Source: Alphaproteobacteria bacterium
GTDB taxonomy: Bacteria > Pseudomonadota > Alphaproteobacteria > UBA6615
Assembly (NCBI GenBank): GCA_965261975.1
Contig: CBDHEC010000024.1
Span: 43,700 to 107,699, forward strand
Direction of reading: 5' to 3'
Length of the DNA stretch: 64,000 nt
Positions 1-9,508 of the stretch are shown piece after piece (within the stretch, counting starts at the first letter, position 1; every line of letters starts with the position of its first letter). A program made the position numbers and the translations under genes. The notes under the pieces were generated by a model, which was given only the letters and a program-made list of their open reading frames with translations, was not told where the DNA came from and searched no databases.

Positions 1-110
1 AAATTGACGACCCGGGTGACCCCGAACACGATCGACAACCCGACCGCGATCAGGAACAGGGACGCTGCACTGGCCAGTCCCGTGATCGCCTGGACGACAA
101 TAAAGCTCAA
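1..110 (-). CDS. Branched-chain amino acid-type ABC transporter permease (LivH-like), 5' end only; runs off the window
   Basis: Manual translation of the minus strand gives LSFIVVQAITGLASAASLFLIAVGLSIVFGVTRVVNF, the typical LivH N-terminus. GGAGGA RBS at 115-120. Lies downstream of a substrate-binding protein gene. Start could be TTG at 110 or GTG at 113. Confidence 0.8.
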   Translation of the reverse strand, partial: MSFIVVQAITGLASAASLFLIAVGLSIVFGVTRVVN

Positions 111-176
111 CACATCCTCCGGCGCCGTGGCCTGTCCAGGCGCCGCTCCCCCGGGCTGGCGGGGCGACCCGTGACG

Positions 177-1397
177 TTACTTGGCGGTTCGAAGTTTACG
201 GACCGTCGCGTCGTCGGGCAGATAGTCGGCGCCATTCGCATAGCGGAAATCCACCATGACGCCCTTCCCGTCAACCTTTGCGGTACGCCCCACATAAGCG
301 CCCATCGTCGATTGATGGTCGATCGCGCGATAGGTGATCGGGCCGAACGGCGTGTCGAGCTCGAGATCCTTCATCGCCGCGACCATCGCATCGGTCTCGC
401 TCGAGCCGGCCTTCTCGAGCATGGCGGCGATCGTCAGGATCGTGTTGTAACCGACGATCGAGCCCGCCCGCGGGTAATCGTTGAACCGCTTGCTGTAGGC
501 GTCGAGAAAAGCCTTGTGCCCGGCATCATCGATCAACTGCCAGGGATATCCGGTAACGATCCAGCCCTCCGGCGCCTCGCCCTTGAGCGCGTCGAGATAC
601 TCCGGCTCCCCCGTCAACAGGCTGACCACCTCGCGGTCCTGGAACAGGCCACGCAATTGTCCCTCGCGCACGAACTTCGCCAGGTCGATCGAGAAGGTCA
701 CGTTGAAGATCGCATCGGGCTTGGCCTGGGCAATCGCCTGCACGGTCGCACCCGCATCAAGCTTGAACAGCGCCGGCCACTGCTGGCCGACGAACTCGAC
801 GTCCGGGCGCAAACTCTTGAGCACATCCTGGAAGGCCTTCACCGCCGACTGACCATATTCATAGTTCGGTGCAACCGTCGCCCAGCGCTTTGCCGGCAGC
901 TTGGCCGCCTCCTCGGCGAGCATCGCGGCCTGCATATAGGTCGAGGGACGCAGCCGGAACGTATAGTCGTTCCCCTTCGCCCAAACGATGGCGTCCGACA
1001 GGGGCTCCGAGGCGACGAACAAAACCTTGTTGCGCGCGGCAAAGTCGGCCACCGCGAGACCTATATGCGACAGGAACGTGCCGGCGATCAGGTCGACCTT
1101 CTCACGCCGCACGAGTTCCTCGGCAAACTTCACCGCGTCAGCGGGTTTCGCGCCGTCGTCGCGCGAGATGACCTCGAGCTTGCGGCCCAGCACGCCGCCA
1201 TTCGCGTTGACCTGCTCGACCGCGAGTTGCCAGCCGTTGCGGTAGGGCACGGTGAAGGAGGCCAGCGGACCGGTGTAGCTGTTGATCTCGCCAATCCGGA
1301 TCGGATCCTGCTGGGCCTGGACGACTGGCGCGGATGTCAGGGCCAGCAATGCCGCAGCGGCGGCGATGAAATAGTTGCGAAAGCGCATGCGCAGCAT
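177..1397 (-). CDS. ABC transporter substrate-binding protein (LivJ/LivK-like, periplasmic binding protein type 1)
   Basis: Signal peptide MLRMRFRNYFIAAAAALLALTSAPVVQA, then IRIGEINSYTG...VNANGGVLGRKLEVISRDD. Start moved to the internal ATG at 1397. Confidence 0.9.
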   Translation of the reverse strand: MLRMRFRNYFIAAAAALLALTSAPVVQAQQDPIRIGEINSYTGPLASFTVPYRNGWQLAVEQVNANGGVLGRKLEVISRDDGAKPADAVKFAEELVRREKVDLIAGTFLSHIGLAVADFAARNKVLFVASEPLSDAIVWAKGNDYTFRLRPSTYMQAAMLAEEAAKLPAKRWATVAPNYEYGQSAVKAFQDVLKSLRPDVEFVGQQWPALFKLDAGATVQAIAQAKPDAIFNVTFSIDLAKFVREGQLRGLFQDREVVSLLTGEPEYLDALKGEAPEGWIVTGYPWQLIDDAGHKAFLDAYSKRFNDYPRAGSIVGYNTILTIAAMLEKAGSSETDAMVAAMKDLELDTPFGPITYRAIDHQSTMGAYVGRTAKVDGKGVMVDFRYANGADYLPDDATVRKLRTAK

Positions 1398-1641
1398 GGT
1401 CGCGGTCTCCTGTGCAATCGGTGGCAAGTTGCGACGCGTTGATCGCGTCCTTCCGTTCCCTTGAAATCGGTGGATCACGACCCACCGGCCAGACACATAT
1501 ACTCAATGTGAGATCAAGGTTCAACGACAATCGGATACCCTGCGAATCGCGCGCGCGGATACCCTCCAAATCAGTTGGCGAGATGGGATGGCAGACGCCA
1601 ATCGGTTTGGATATAGTCCAGCCGAGTTCTAGGGAGGAATC

Positions 1642-2943
1642 ATGACAATCAATGTTGCCGTCATCGGCGCAGGGCCGAGCGGATTTTACACGGTCGATGC
1701 CTTGCTCAAGGGCGATCAAGACGTCCGGGTCGATATCATCGAACGTTTGCCGACACCCTTCGGATTGATCCGTGGTGGTGTCGCACCGGATCACCAGACA
1801 ACGAAAAAAGTTGCCCGCGTCTATGAAAAGACAGCGTTGCGTGACGGTGTCGGTTATTACGGCAACGTCGAGGTCGGCCGCGATGTCACGATGGCGGAGT
1901 TGCAGGAGATGTACGACGCAGTCGTGCTGGCCGTCGGCGCACCGCGCGATCGCAAGCTTGGAATCCCCGGCGAGGACAAGACGGGCGTTTTCGGCTCGGC
2001 CGACTTCGTGGGCTGGTACAACGGGCATCCCGACTTCACGGACCTGCAGCCGGACTTGAACACCGGCACGGTGGTTGTCATCGGCCAGGGCAATGTCGCC
2101 GTCGACGTCGCCCGGGTGCTGGTCAAGACGCCGGAAGAAATGACCGAGACCGATATTGCCGATCACGCGGCCGACGCCGTCGAGGCCTCGCCCATCGCCG
2201 ACGTGTATATGGTCGGTCGGCGCGGCCCGATCGAAGCGAAGTTCACGAATGTCGAACTGCGCGAGATGGGCAAGTTGGACGATTGTCAGCCTGTCATCGA
2301 TCCGGGCCAGCTGCCCGACGAGGTCACCGGCGACTGGTCCGATCGGGACAAGCGCCTCAAGGACCGCAACCTCGCGACGATGAAGGAATTTCCCGACGTC
2401 GACCCGGCGGGCAAGTCGAAGCGCGTCCATTTCACCTTCTATGCGAAACCGATCGAGATTCTCGGCGGCGACAAGGTGGAAGGCATCCGGATGGAACACA
2501 CCCGTGTCGAGGATGGTCGCTCGGTGGGAACCGGCGAATTTTTCGAAATCGAATGTGGCCTGGTCATTCCGGCGATCGGCTATTTCTCCGATCCGTTCCC
2601 CGGCGTGCCGTTCGACGCCGATAACGGCATCGTGGTGCATGACGAGGGCCGGGTCAGCGACGGCGTCTATGCGGTCGGCTGGATCAAGCGCGGTCCGACC
2701 GGCGTGATCGGCACCAACAAGCCCGACGGAGACATCGCCGCGACGCAGATCTTCGAGGACATCGCGGACGGTACGAAGCCCGGCCGCGAGGCGCTGGAAG
2801 CATTGCTGAAGGACCGCGATGTTCGCTGTCTGACCTATCAGGACTGGCAGACAATCGACGCCGCCGAAGTGGCGGCGGCGAAGCCTGGCGCGCCACGGCG
2901 GAAATTCGTGACCATCGACACGATGATCGACGCTCTTGACTGA
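1642..2943 (+). CDS. Ferredoxin--NADP+ reductase, adrenodoxin reductase/FprA type
   Basis: VAVIGAGPSGFY FAD motif, PTPFGLIRGGVAPDH, NADP site VIGQGNVAVDVAR, C-terminal GWIKRGPTGVIGTN. GGAGGA RBS upstream. Confidence 0.92.
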   Translation: MTINVAVIGAGPSGFYTVDALLKGDQDVRVDIIERLPTPFGLIRGGVAPDHQTTKKVARVYEKTALRDGVGYYGNVEVGRDVTMAELQEMYDAVVLAVGAPRDRKLGIPGEDKTGVFGSADFVGWYNGHPDFTDLQPDLNTGTVVVIGQGNVAVDVARVLVKTPEEMTETDIADHAADAVEASPIADVYMVGRRGPIEAKFTNVELREMGKLDDCQPVIDPGQLPDEVTGDWSDRDKRLKDRNLATMKEFPDVDPAGKSKRVHFTFYAKPIEILGGDKVEGIRMEHTRVEDGRSVGTGEFFEIECGLVIPAIGYFSDPFPGVPFDADNGIVVHDEGRVSDGVYAVGWIKRGPTGVIGTNKPDGDIAATQIFEDIADGTKPGREALEALLKDRDVRCLTYQDWQTIDAAEVAAAKPGAPRRKFVTIDTMIDALD

Positions 2944-3094
2944 CTGGCAAAACACCTTAGTTGGGCCTTTAAGGCACCAGTTTATGCTTGAAACGAGCAC
3001 ACAGGCGGATGAATGTAGCGCCGCGCAACGAGACGTGCGTGCATCCGAACATTAATCTGAATTCAAAGCCGAGTTTACGGGAAGGAAATACCCG

Positions 3095-4963
3095 ATGTCT
3101 GAGGTAGCGGCCGTCGAAAGGCCGGAAGAGAAACGCCACGAAATTGAATCCGCGGTTGTAAGATTCGCAGGTGATTCCGGTGACGGCATGCAGCTCACCG
3201 GCAGCCAGTTCACCATGACCGCGGCAATCGCCGGCAACGACCTGGCCACCTTCCCCGATTTCCCCGCCGAGATTCGCGCCCCTGCGGGCACGACCTTCGG
3301 CGTCTCGGCGTTCCAGATTAATTTTGGTGCCCGCAAGATCATGACCTCGGGCGACCTGCTCGACGTGCTGGTGGTGATGAACCCCGCCGCACTCGTGACC
3401 AATCTCGCGGACGTGAAACCGAACGGCATCGTCATCGCCGATTCCGGCGCCTTCACCGACCGCAACCTGACCAAGGCGGGCTACACGGAAAACCCGCTCG
3501 AGAATGACAGCCTCGACGGCTACCGGCTGGTCAAGATCGACATGTCCCGCCTCACCGTCGAAGCGGTCAAGGAATTCGGGCTGTCCAACAAGGAAGCGCT
3601 GCGCTCCAAGAACATGTGGGCGCTCGGCCTCGTTTATTGGATGTACGGCCGCAAGCGGCAGGCCTCGGTCGACTGGCTCGAAGCGAAGTTCGCCAAGAAC
3701 CCGGATGTCGCCAAGGCGAATATCGCGGCGCTCAATGCCGGCCACGCCTTCGGCGAGACCGCCGAGATGCCGGCCGAGCTGGGCACCTTCGATGTCGAGC
3801 CGGCCAAGATCGAACCCGGCCTGTATCGGACGATCACAGGTGCAGAATCGGTCTCCCTCGGGCTGCTCGCAGGCTCCCTGCTCGCCGATCTGAAGATCGC
3901 CTTCTGCTCCTACCCGATCACGCCGGCCTCTGCCCTGCTGCATCAGCTGGCGCGGATGAAGGAGTTCGGCGTCGTGACCTTCCAGGCGGAAGACGAGATC
4001 GCCGCCGCCGCGGCCGCCATCGGGGCCTCCTATGCCGGCTCACTGGGCATCACCTCGAGCTCCGGCCCGGGCATCGCGCTCAAGATGGAGGCAATCGGCC
4101 TGGCCATCGCCACCGAGCTTCCCCTGGTCGTGATCAACTCCCAGCGCGCAGGTCCGTCGACCGGGCTGCCAACCAAGACCGAACAATCGGACCTGTATCA
4201 GGCCGTATATGGCCGCAACGGCGATGCGCCGATGCCGGTGATTTCGGTCTCGACGCCGTCCGACGGGTATGAGGTGGCCATCGAGGCCATCCGTATCGCG
4301 ACGAAATACATGACCCCGGTCATGGTCCTGACGGATGGCTACATCACCAATGCATCCGAACCCTGGCTGATCCCCGACGCGGACGATGCCGAGCGCTTCG
4401 ACGTCAGTTTCCGCACCGATCCGGAGAACTTCCAACCCTTCATGCGCGACGACGAAACCCTCGCGCGTCCTTGGGTCAAGCCGGGCACGCCGGACCTGAT
4501 GCATCGGATCGGCGGCATCGAGCGCTCCTACGACAGCGGTCATATTTCCTACGATCCGGAAAACCATCAGAAGATGACCGATGTGCGCGCCGCGAAGGTG
4601 CTCGGGATCGCCGACGACATTCCCGAACAGACGGTCAGTGTCGGTGAGGCCGGCGCCAAGCTCGCGGTCGTGGGCTGGGGCTCGACCTACGGGCCGATCA
4701 ACCGCGCCGTCAACAACATGCGCGACGATGGGCTGGACGTGGCACAGATTCACCTGCGCTACATCTGGCCGCTGCCGCGCAACCTCGAGGCACTTCTCGG
4801 CACCTTCGACCAGATCCTGGTGCCGGAAATGAACACCGGTCAGTTGCGCACCCTGTTGCGTGACCAGTTCCTCTTGCCCGCTGAAGGGCTCAACAAAGTC
4901 AACGGCAAGCCGTTCCTCATCGGAGAGCTTGAAGACGCAATCCGCGCCCGGCTGGAGAAGTAG
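3095..4963 (+). CDS. korA: 2-oxoacid:ferredoxin oxidoreductase alpha subunit (fused gamma-alpha)
   Basis: VVRFAGDSGDGMQLTG, YPITPAS, QAEDEIAA, SSSGPGIALK, QRAGPSTGLPTKTEQSDL motifs. The preferred 2-oxoacid is not determinable from sequence. Confidence 0.93.
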   Translation: MSEVAAVERPEEKRHEIESAVVRFAGDSGDGMQLTGSQFTMTAAIAGNDLATFPDFPAEIRAPAGTTFGVSAFQINFGARKIMTSGDLLDVLVVMNPAALVTNLADVKPNGIVIADSGAFTDRNLTKAGYTENPLENDSLDGYRLVKIDMSRLTVEAVKEFGLSNKEALRSKNMWALGLVYWMYGRKRQASVDWLEAKFAKNPDVAKANIAALNAGHAFGETAEMPAELGTFDVEPAKIEPGLYRTITGAESVSLGLLAGSLLADLKIAFCSYPITPASALLHQLARMKEFGVVTFQAEDEIAAAAAAIGASYAGSLGITSSSGPGIALKMEAIGLAIATELPLVVINSQRAGPSTGLPTKTEQSDLYQAVYGRNGDAPMPVISVSTPSDGYEVAIEAIRIATKYMTPVMVLTDGYITNASEPWLIPDADDAERFDVSFRTDPENFQPFMRDDETLARPWVKPGTPDLMHRIGGIERSYDSGHISYDPENHQKMTDVRAAKVLGIADDIPEQTVSVGEAGAKLAVVGWGSTYGPINRAVNNMRDDGLDVAQIHLRYIWPLPRNLEALLGTFDQILVPEMNTGQLRTLLRDQFLLPAEGLNKVNGKPFLIGELEDAIRARLEK

Positions 4964-4964
4964 A

Positions 4965-5990
4965 ATGAACGTCCAAAGCCCCCCGGAAAAACTGACGGCC
5001 CGCGACTTCGCGACCGACCAGGAAGTTCGCTGGTGCCCTGGTTGTGGCGACTACGCCATCCTCAAGGGCGTCCAGAACACGCTGGCGCAGCTGGAAGCCG
5101 ACCCCAAGAACACGGTCTTCGTGTCTGGTATCGGCTGCGCGGCGCGCTTCCCTTATTACATGGAGACCTATGGTTTCCACACGATCCATGGCCGCTCGCC
5201 GGCGGTGGCGTCGGGCGTGAAGCTCGCCAACCCCGAGCTCGATGTCTGGGTCGTGGGCGGCGACGGCGACATGCTGTCGATCGGCGGCAACCACACAATG
5301 CATGCGATCCGCCGCAACATCGACCTGCAGATCCTGCTCTTCAACAACCAGATCTACGGCTTGACCAAGGGTCAGTATTCGCCGACATCCAAGATCGGCA
5401 CCAAGTCGCCCTCGACCCCGCTCGGATCGATCGACAACCCGGTCTCGGCGGCCCAGTTCGCGCTCGGCGTGGGCGGCACCTTCATCGCCCGCTCCTCGGA
5501 CATTCTGCAGAAGCATCTGCCCGAGGTCCTCAAACGTGCTTACAAGCACAAGGGTGCCTCCTTCGTTGAAATCTTCCAGAACTGCATCGTCTACAACGAC
5601 GGTGCCTTCAAGCACTTCACCGAGAAGAGCGTTCAGGAAGAAATGCAGATTCATGTGGAGCATGGTGAGCCCCTACTCTTCGGCAAGGAGAAGTCGAAAG
5701 GCCTGATCCTGAACAAGGAGGAGATGCGCCTTGAGGTGGTCACGCTCGGCGAGAACGGCGTCACCCTCGACGATATTGCCATCCATGATGAGACCAACCG
5801 CGGCCTCGCCACGATGCTGGCCCAGATGGATCCGCCGAACTATCCGGTCGCACTCGGCGTTCTCTATGCCGAGCCTGCACCCACCTACGAGACTTCCGTG
5901 CACACCCAGATCGAGCAGGCATCAAAAGATGCCGACAAGCCCGATATCAACAAACTGCTGCAGCGCGGTCAGACCTGGACTGTCGAGTAA
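4965..5990 (+). CDS. korB: 2-oxoacid:ferredoxin oxidoreductase beta subunit (TPP-binding)
   Basis: WCPGCGDY, VSGIGC, HTIHGR, GGDGD TPP motif, NNQIYGLTKGQYSPT. ATG at 4965 immediately after the korA stop. Confidence 0.93.
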   Translation: MNVQSPPEKLTARDFATDQEVRWCPGCGDYAILKGVQNTLAQLEADPKNTVFVSGIGCAARFPYYMETYGFHTIHGRSPAVASGVKLANPELDVWVVGGDGDMLSIGGNHTMHAIRRNIDLQILLFNNQIYGLTKGQYSPTSKIGTKSPSTPLGSIDNPVSAAQFALGVGGTFIARSSDILQKHLPEVLKRAYKHKGASFVEIFQNCIVYNDGAFKHFTEKSVQEEMQIHVEHGEPLLFGKEKSKGLILNKEEMRLEVVTLGENGVTLDDIAIHDETNRGLATMLAQMDPPNYPVALGVLYAEPAPTYETSVHTQIEQASKDADKPDINKLLQRGQTWTVE

Positions 5991-6014
5991 ACAGCGACAC
6001 CGAGCAATAAGCCC

Positions 6015-6046
6015 GCCCGTCGGTCGCAATCCTGCGACCGATGGGC
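6015..6046 (+). terminator. Stem-loop downstream of korB (terminator or mRNA-stabilising hairpin)
   Basis: GCCCGTCGGTCGCA-ATCC-TGCGACCGATGGGC inverted repeat with one G-U-type mismatch. No poly-U tail. Confidence 0.5.
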
Positions 6047-6119
6047 GCGGCGCCTTGCCCCCATCTCCATGACGCACCAGATTGACCCTGCACCGGATGC
6101 GGGCAACTGACGCGAGATC

Positions 6120-7175
6120 ATGACCACAACCAGTAACACCGAATTTACCGGCCCCCGCCAACGCGCCAATGACCTCGCCATTGGCCGGTGGCTGCTGCTC
6201 TGCGCCGGGATGGTTCTCGCCATGATCGTCATTGGCGGGATCACGCGGCTAACCGAATCCGGCCTTTCGATTGTCGACTGGCGTCCGGTCACGGGCTTCC
6301 TGCCGCCCCTTTCCGACGACGCCTGGGAGCGGGCCTTCCAGCTCTATCGGACGAGCCCGCAATATCTCGAGATCAACGCCGGCATGACGATGGCGGAGTT
6401 CCGCGAAATCTTCTGGTGGGAATATATCCACCGGGCCTGGGGCCGGCTGATCGGACTGGTCTTCTTCCTGCCCTTTGTCTGGTTCCTGATCCGCGGCCGG
6501 GTGCGGAAATCGCTGGTGCCGCGCCTGATCGGGTTGTTCCTGCTCGGCGGCGCGCAGGGGGTGCTTGGCTGGTACATGGTGCGCAGCGGCCTCGTCGATG
6601 TCCCCGAGGTCAGCCAGTACCGGCTCGCCGCACATCTGTCTCTCGCGTTCCTGATCTACGCCGCGCTCGTCTGGACGGGTCTCTCGCTGATCTACCCCGA
6701 CCCGGTCACGATTACCGATCGGATGGGCAGGCAAGTCCGGCGCTTGGCGCTGATCGCGCTGGTGCTGATCGCCGTGACAATCCTGTCGGGTGCGTTCGTC
6801 GCCGGCACCGATGCGGGCCTTATCTTCAACAGCTTCCCGCTGATCGAGGGCGCCATCCTGCCGCCGGACTATTTCAACCACCCCGCCGCGCCGTTCGAGG
6901 ATCACGGCACGGTCCAGTTTCACCATCGTGTACTGGCGCTCGTCAGCCTCGCCGCCGTGGCAACACTCTGGTGGCGCAGCCGCTGGCTGGCGCTGACACC
7001 CCGGGCACGCAGGGTCGTGAATGCGCTGATGATCGTTGCATTGCTTCAGGTCGCGCTCGGCATCACGACGCTGGTGCTCGTGGTCCCGATCCACGTCGCC
7101 GCCTGCCATCAGGCCGGCGCGGTTTTGCTGTTCACGATGATCTTGTGGTTCACCCACGAACTGCGTGGCCATTAA
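6120..7175 (+). CDS. ctaA: Heme A synthase (COX15/CtaA type 2)
   Basis: GGITRLTESGLSIVDW, IFWWEYIHRAWGR, VSQYRLAAHL, QFHHR and HQAGA His motifs; multiple transmembrane segments. Confidence 0.95.
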   Translation: MTTTSNTEFTGPRQRANDLAIGRWLLLCAGMVLAMIVIGGITRLTESGLSIVDWRPVTGFLPPLSDDAWERAFQLYRTSPQYLEINAGMTMAEFREIFWWEYIHRAWGRLIGLVFFLPFVWFLIRGRVRKSLVPRLIGLFLLGGAQGVLGWYMVRSGLVDVPEVSQYRLAAHLSLAFLIYAALVWTGLSLIYPDPVTITDRMGRQVRRLALIALVLIAVTILSGAFVAGTDAGLIFNSFPLIEGAILPPDYFNHPAAPFEDHGTVQFHHRVLALVSLAAVATLWWRSRWLALTPRARRVVNALMIVALLQVALGITTLVLVVPIHVAACHQAGAVLLFTMILWFTHELRGH

Positions 7176-7205
7176 ACAGCCCGACCGGTTTGACTCAATC
7201 GAGGT

Positions 7206-8657
7206 TCAGGCGGTCTCGTTTCGGATCGACTTATAGGCGTCGAGCGCGCGGTTTCGCGCGGCTGCATGGTCAACCATCGGTTTCGGGTAACTCTCGCCGA
7301 GAACCACTCCCGCCACATCCAGCACTTGGCCCGGCGCCATCCAGGGTTTGTGAACCCACTTGTCGGGTAGATCGGCAAGCTCCGGAACCCAGCGCCGCAC
7401 ATAATTGCCCGAAGGGTCGAACTTCTCGCCCTGGGTGATCGGATTGAAGATCCGGAAAAACGGCGAAGCGTCCGCCCCCGACCCCGCGACCCACTGCCAG
7501 TTGCAGGCGTTGTTTGCCAAATCTGCATCAACGAGCGTGTCCCAGAACCAGGCCTCGCCCGCGCGCCAGTCGATCATCAGGTCCTTGATCAGGAACGACG
7601 CAACGATCATGCGCACCCGGTTGTGCATGAAACCAGTGTACCAGAGTTCCCGTATGCCGGCGTCGACCAGCGGATAACCCGTCTCGCCGCGTTGCCACAC
7701 CGCCAGGCCATCCGGGTCATCGCGCCAGGGGAACCGGTCGAAAAATTCGCGCCAGTTCGACGTCGCGATTCCGGGAAAATGAAACAGCAGGTGATGATTG
7801 AAGTCCCGCCATGCGAGCTCGCGCAACAACGCCTCGGCGCCCGCGGCGATTCCACCGCTCCTGTCCAGGTACGGGGCAGCCGCACGCCACACCCGATGCG
7901 GGCTGATCTCGCCGAAATGCAGATGGGGTGAAAGGCGTGAGGTCCCCGGCCGGTCGGGCCTGTCCCGATCGTTCGGATAGTCGGCCACAGCCTCGTCCAG
8001 AAACTCCGTCATTCGATCCAGCGCGGCGCGCTCCCCGACCCGCCAGCTCTCGCGAAGTCCACCCGCCCAGTCGGACCTGGAGGGCAGCAGCGCCCAATCG
8101 GCTATTTCGCCCGCCGCAACACTCCTCGCGGCAGGCAACCTGTCCGGCACATCGGCAATATCCGGTGCTTGATACAGCTCGCGCAGGCGCCGCCAATAGG
8201 GTGTGAACACCTTGTAGGGGCCGCCCTGCCCGGTCTCGATCTCCCAGGGCTCGATCAGCAGGGAACCATTGAAACTCTCTGCCTCGACCCCCGCTTCGCG
8301 CAGCATCGCCTTGACCGCCGTGTCCCGCGCGATCGACCCGGGCTCGTAGCACCGGTTCCAGACGACCTCGACCGCGTTCACTTCATCGATGAGCCGGGCC
8401 AGTTCCACCGCCGCGGCGCCCCGGCGCAGCACAAGCTGCAATCCACGATCACGCAGGTCGGACGACAGCGAGTCGAGACTATGGTGCAGCCACCAGCGCG
8501 ACGCGCCGCCCAGTTGGCGCATATCCGGGCTGTCCTCGTCCAGAATATAGAGCGGCAGGATCGGCCGGCCGGACACGACGGCGGCGGCCAGGGCCGGATT
8601 ATCGGCGAGGCGCAGATCCTGGCGGAACCAGACGATGACGGGGTTTTCGGAAGGCAT
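7206..8657 (-). CDS. phrB: Deoxyribodipyrimidine photolyase (CPD photolyase)
   Basis: VWFRQDLRLADNPAL, TSRLSPHLHFGEISP, GFMHNRVRMIVASFL, NWQWVAGSGADASPFFRIFNP. Confidence 0.95.
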   Translation of the reverse strand: MPSENPVIVWFRQDLRLADNPALAAAVVSGRPILPLYILDEDSPDMRQLGGASRWWLHHSLDSLSSDLRDRGLQLVLRRGAAAVELARLIDEVNAVEVVWNRCYEPGSIARDTAVKAMLREAGVEAESFNGSLLIEPWEIETGQGGPYKVFTPYWRRLRELYQAPDIADVPDRLPAARSVAAGEIADWALLPSRSDWAGGLRESWRVGERAALDRMTEFLDEAVADYPNDRDRPDRPGTSRLSPHLHFGEISPHRVWRAAAPYLDRSGGIAAGAEALLRELAWRDFNHHLLFHFPGIATSNWREFFDRFPWRDDPDGLAVWQRGETGYPLVDAGIRELWYTGFMHNRVRMIVASFLIKDLMIDWRAGEAWFWDTLVDADLANNACNWQWVAGSGADASPFFRIFNPITQGEKFDPSGNYVRRWVPELADLPDKWVHKPWMAPGQVLDVAGVVLGESYPKPMVDHAAARNRALDAYKSIRNETA

Positions 8658-8669
8658 GAACTTGGTACG

Positions 8670-9422
8670 TCAGGCCGCGCGTTTTGGATCGGGCAGCAGC
8701 TGGTCGTGGCGAAAGGAGAACAGCCCCGCCCGGCCGATCAGATAGACCTTGAACCGGGACGCCAGGAGTCCGGCGATTGCCGGCTCCCGCGCGTTCAACC
8801 CCCCGGCATAGGCCCCGAAGGCCGGCAGGATCAGGCGCCGCCCGTCGGTCGCGAAACAGCGCCCGGAAATCCGGCGGCCCCGCACCCGCACGGCGGCCTT
8901 GGGGTGGTAGTGGCCACAGACCTCCGCCACGGGAATCCCGTTCGCATTGTTTTCCGCCACATCATGGCAAAGGCGAAGATCGCCGATCCGCAGCTCGTCC
9001 ACCGCGGTACCACCCAATGCGGCGGGCGGTTCGGGGTCGTGATTTCCCGCAATCCAGATCCAGTCCTGCTTCTCCACCAGTCGGGAGAGTCGTTGTCGGT
9101 CACTCTCGGCCATGCGGGCCTCACCGGCGAGGTCATGCAACGTGTCGCCGAGGCAGATCACACGCGCCGGCTGCAGCCGGGCAACGACCCGCTCCAAGCG
9201 GGCCAGCGTCTCGGCGGTGTCATAGGGCGGCAGCAGGCCCTGCCCGCGCGCGGCATAGGCCGAGCCCTTCTCGAAATGCAGGTCGGCCACCAGCAGATCA
9301 CCGCTGTCGCGCAACCAGACAGCGCCCGAATGATCGAGGACGATAGACTGTCCGCCGAGCTTCTCTACGACAGCGGTCGTGGGTCTGGTCTTTGTCCCGG
9401 GCGGCATTGGTATTTGAATCAC
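8670..9422 (-). CDS. pdeM: Ligase-associated DNA damage response endonuclease PdeM (metallophosphoesterase MPE)
   Basis: ADLHFEKGS, LLPPYDT, CLGDTLHD, GNHD, GHYHPK, LILPAFGAYAGGLN; near an Lhr helicase gene. Exact start uncertain. Confidence 0.9.
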   Translation of the reverse strand: MIQIPMPPGTKTRPTTAVVEKLGGQSIVLDHSGAVWLRDSGDLLVADLHFEKGSAYAARGQGLLPPYDTAETLARLERVVARLQPARVICLGDTLHDLAGEARMAESDRQRLSRLVEKQDWIWIAGNHDPEPPAALGGTAVDELRIGDLRLCHDVAENNANGIPVAEVCGHYHPKAAVRVRGRRISGRCFATDGRRLILPAFGAYAGGLNAREPAIAGLLASRFKVYLIGRAGLFSFRHDQLLPDPKRAA

Positions 9423-9508
9423 TCCAGAGAGTGTTGCGGAGCTTCGTTCTCTGGACGCATGCTAGGGTCGAGACCCGAACACAACATTCATTCGGAAGGC
9501 AGTAAAGC

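Noticed and set aside
171-3000. Long antisense ORFs 171..1442 (+) and 1138..3000 (-), and many similar ones (8169..9524, 23700..25385, 35531..37012, 55728..56945)
   Set aside because: They lie opposite well-recognised genes and have no motifs; long shadow frames are expected in high-GC DNA.
3095-5990. Evidence for anaerobic benzoyl-CoA reduction or a reverse TCA cycle
   Set aside because: No bcr/bzd/bad reductase or citrate lyase genes are in the window; korAB alone is common in aerobes.
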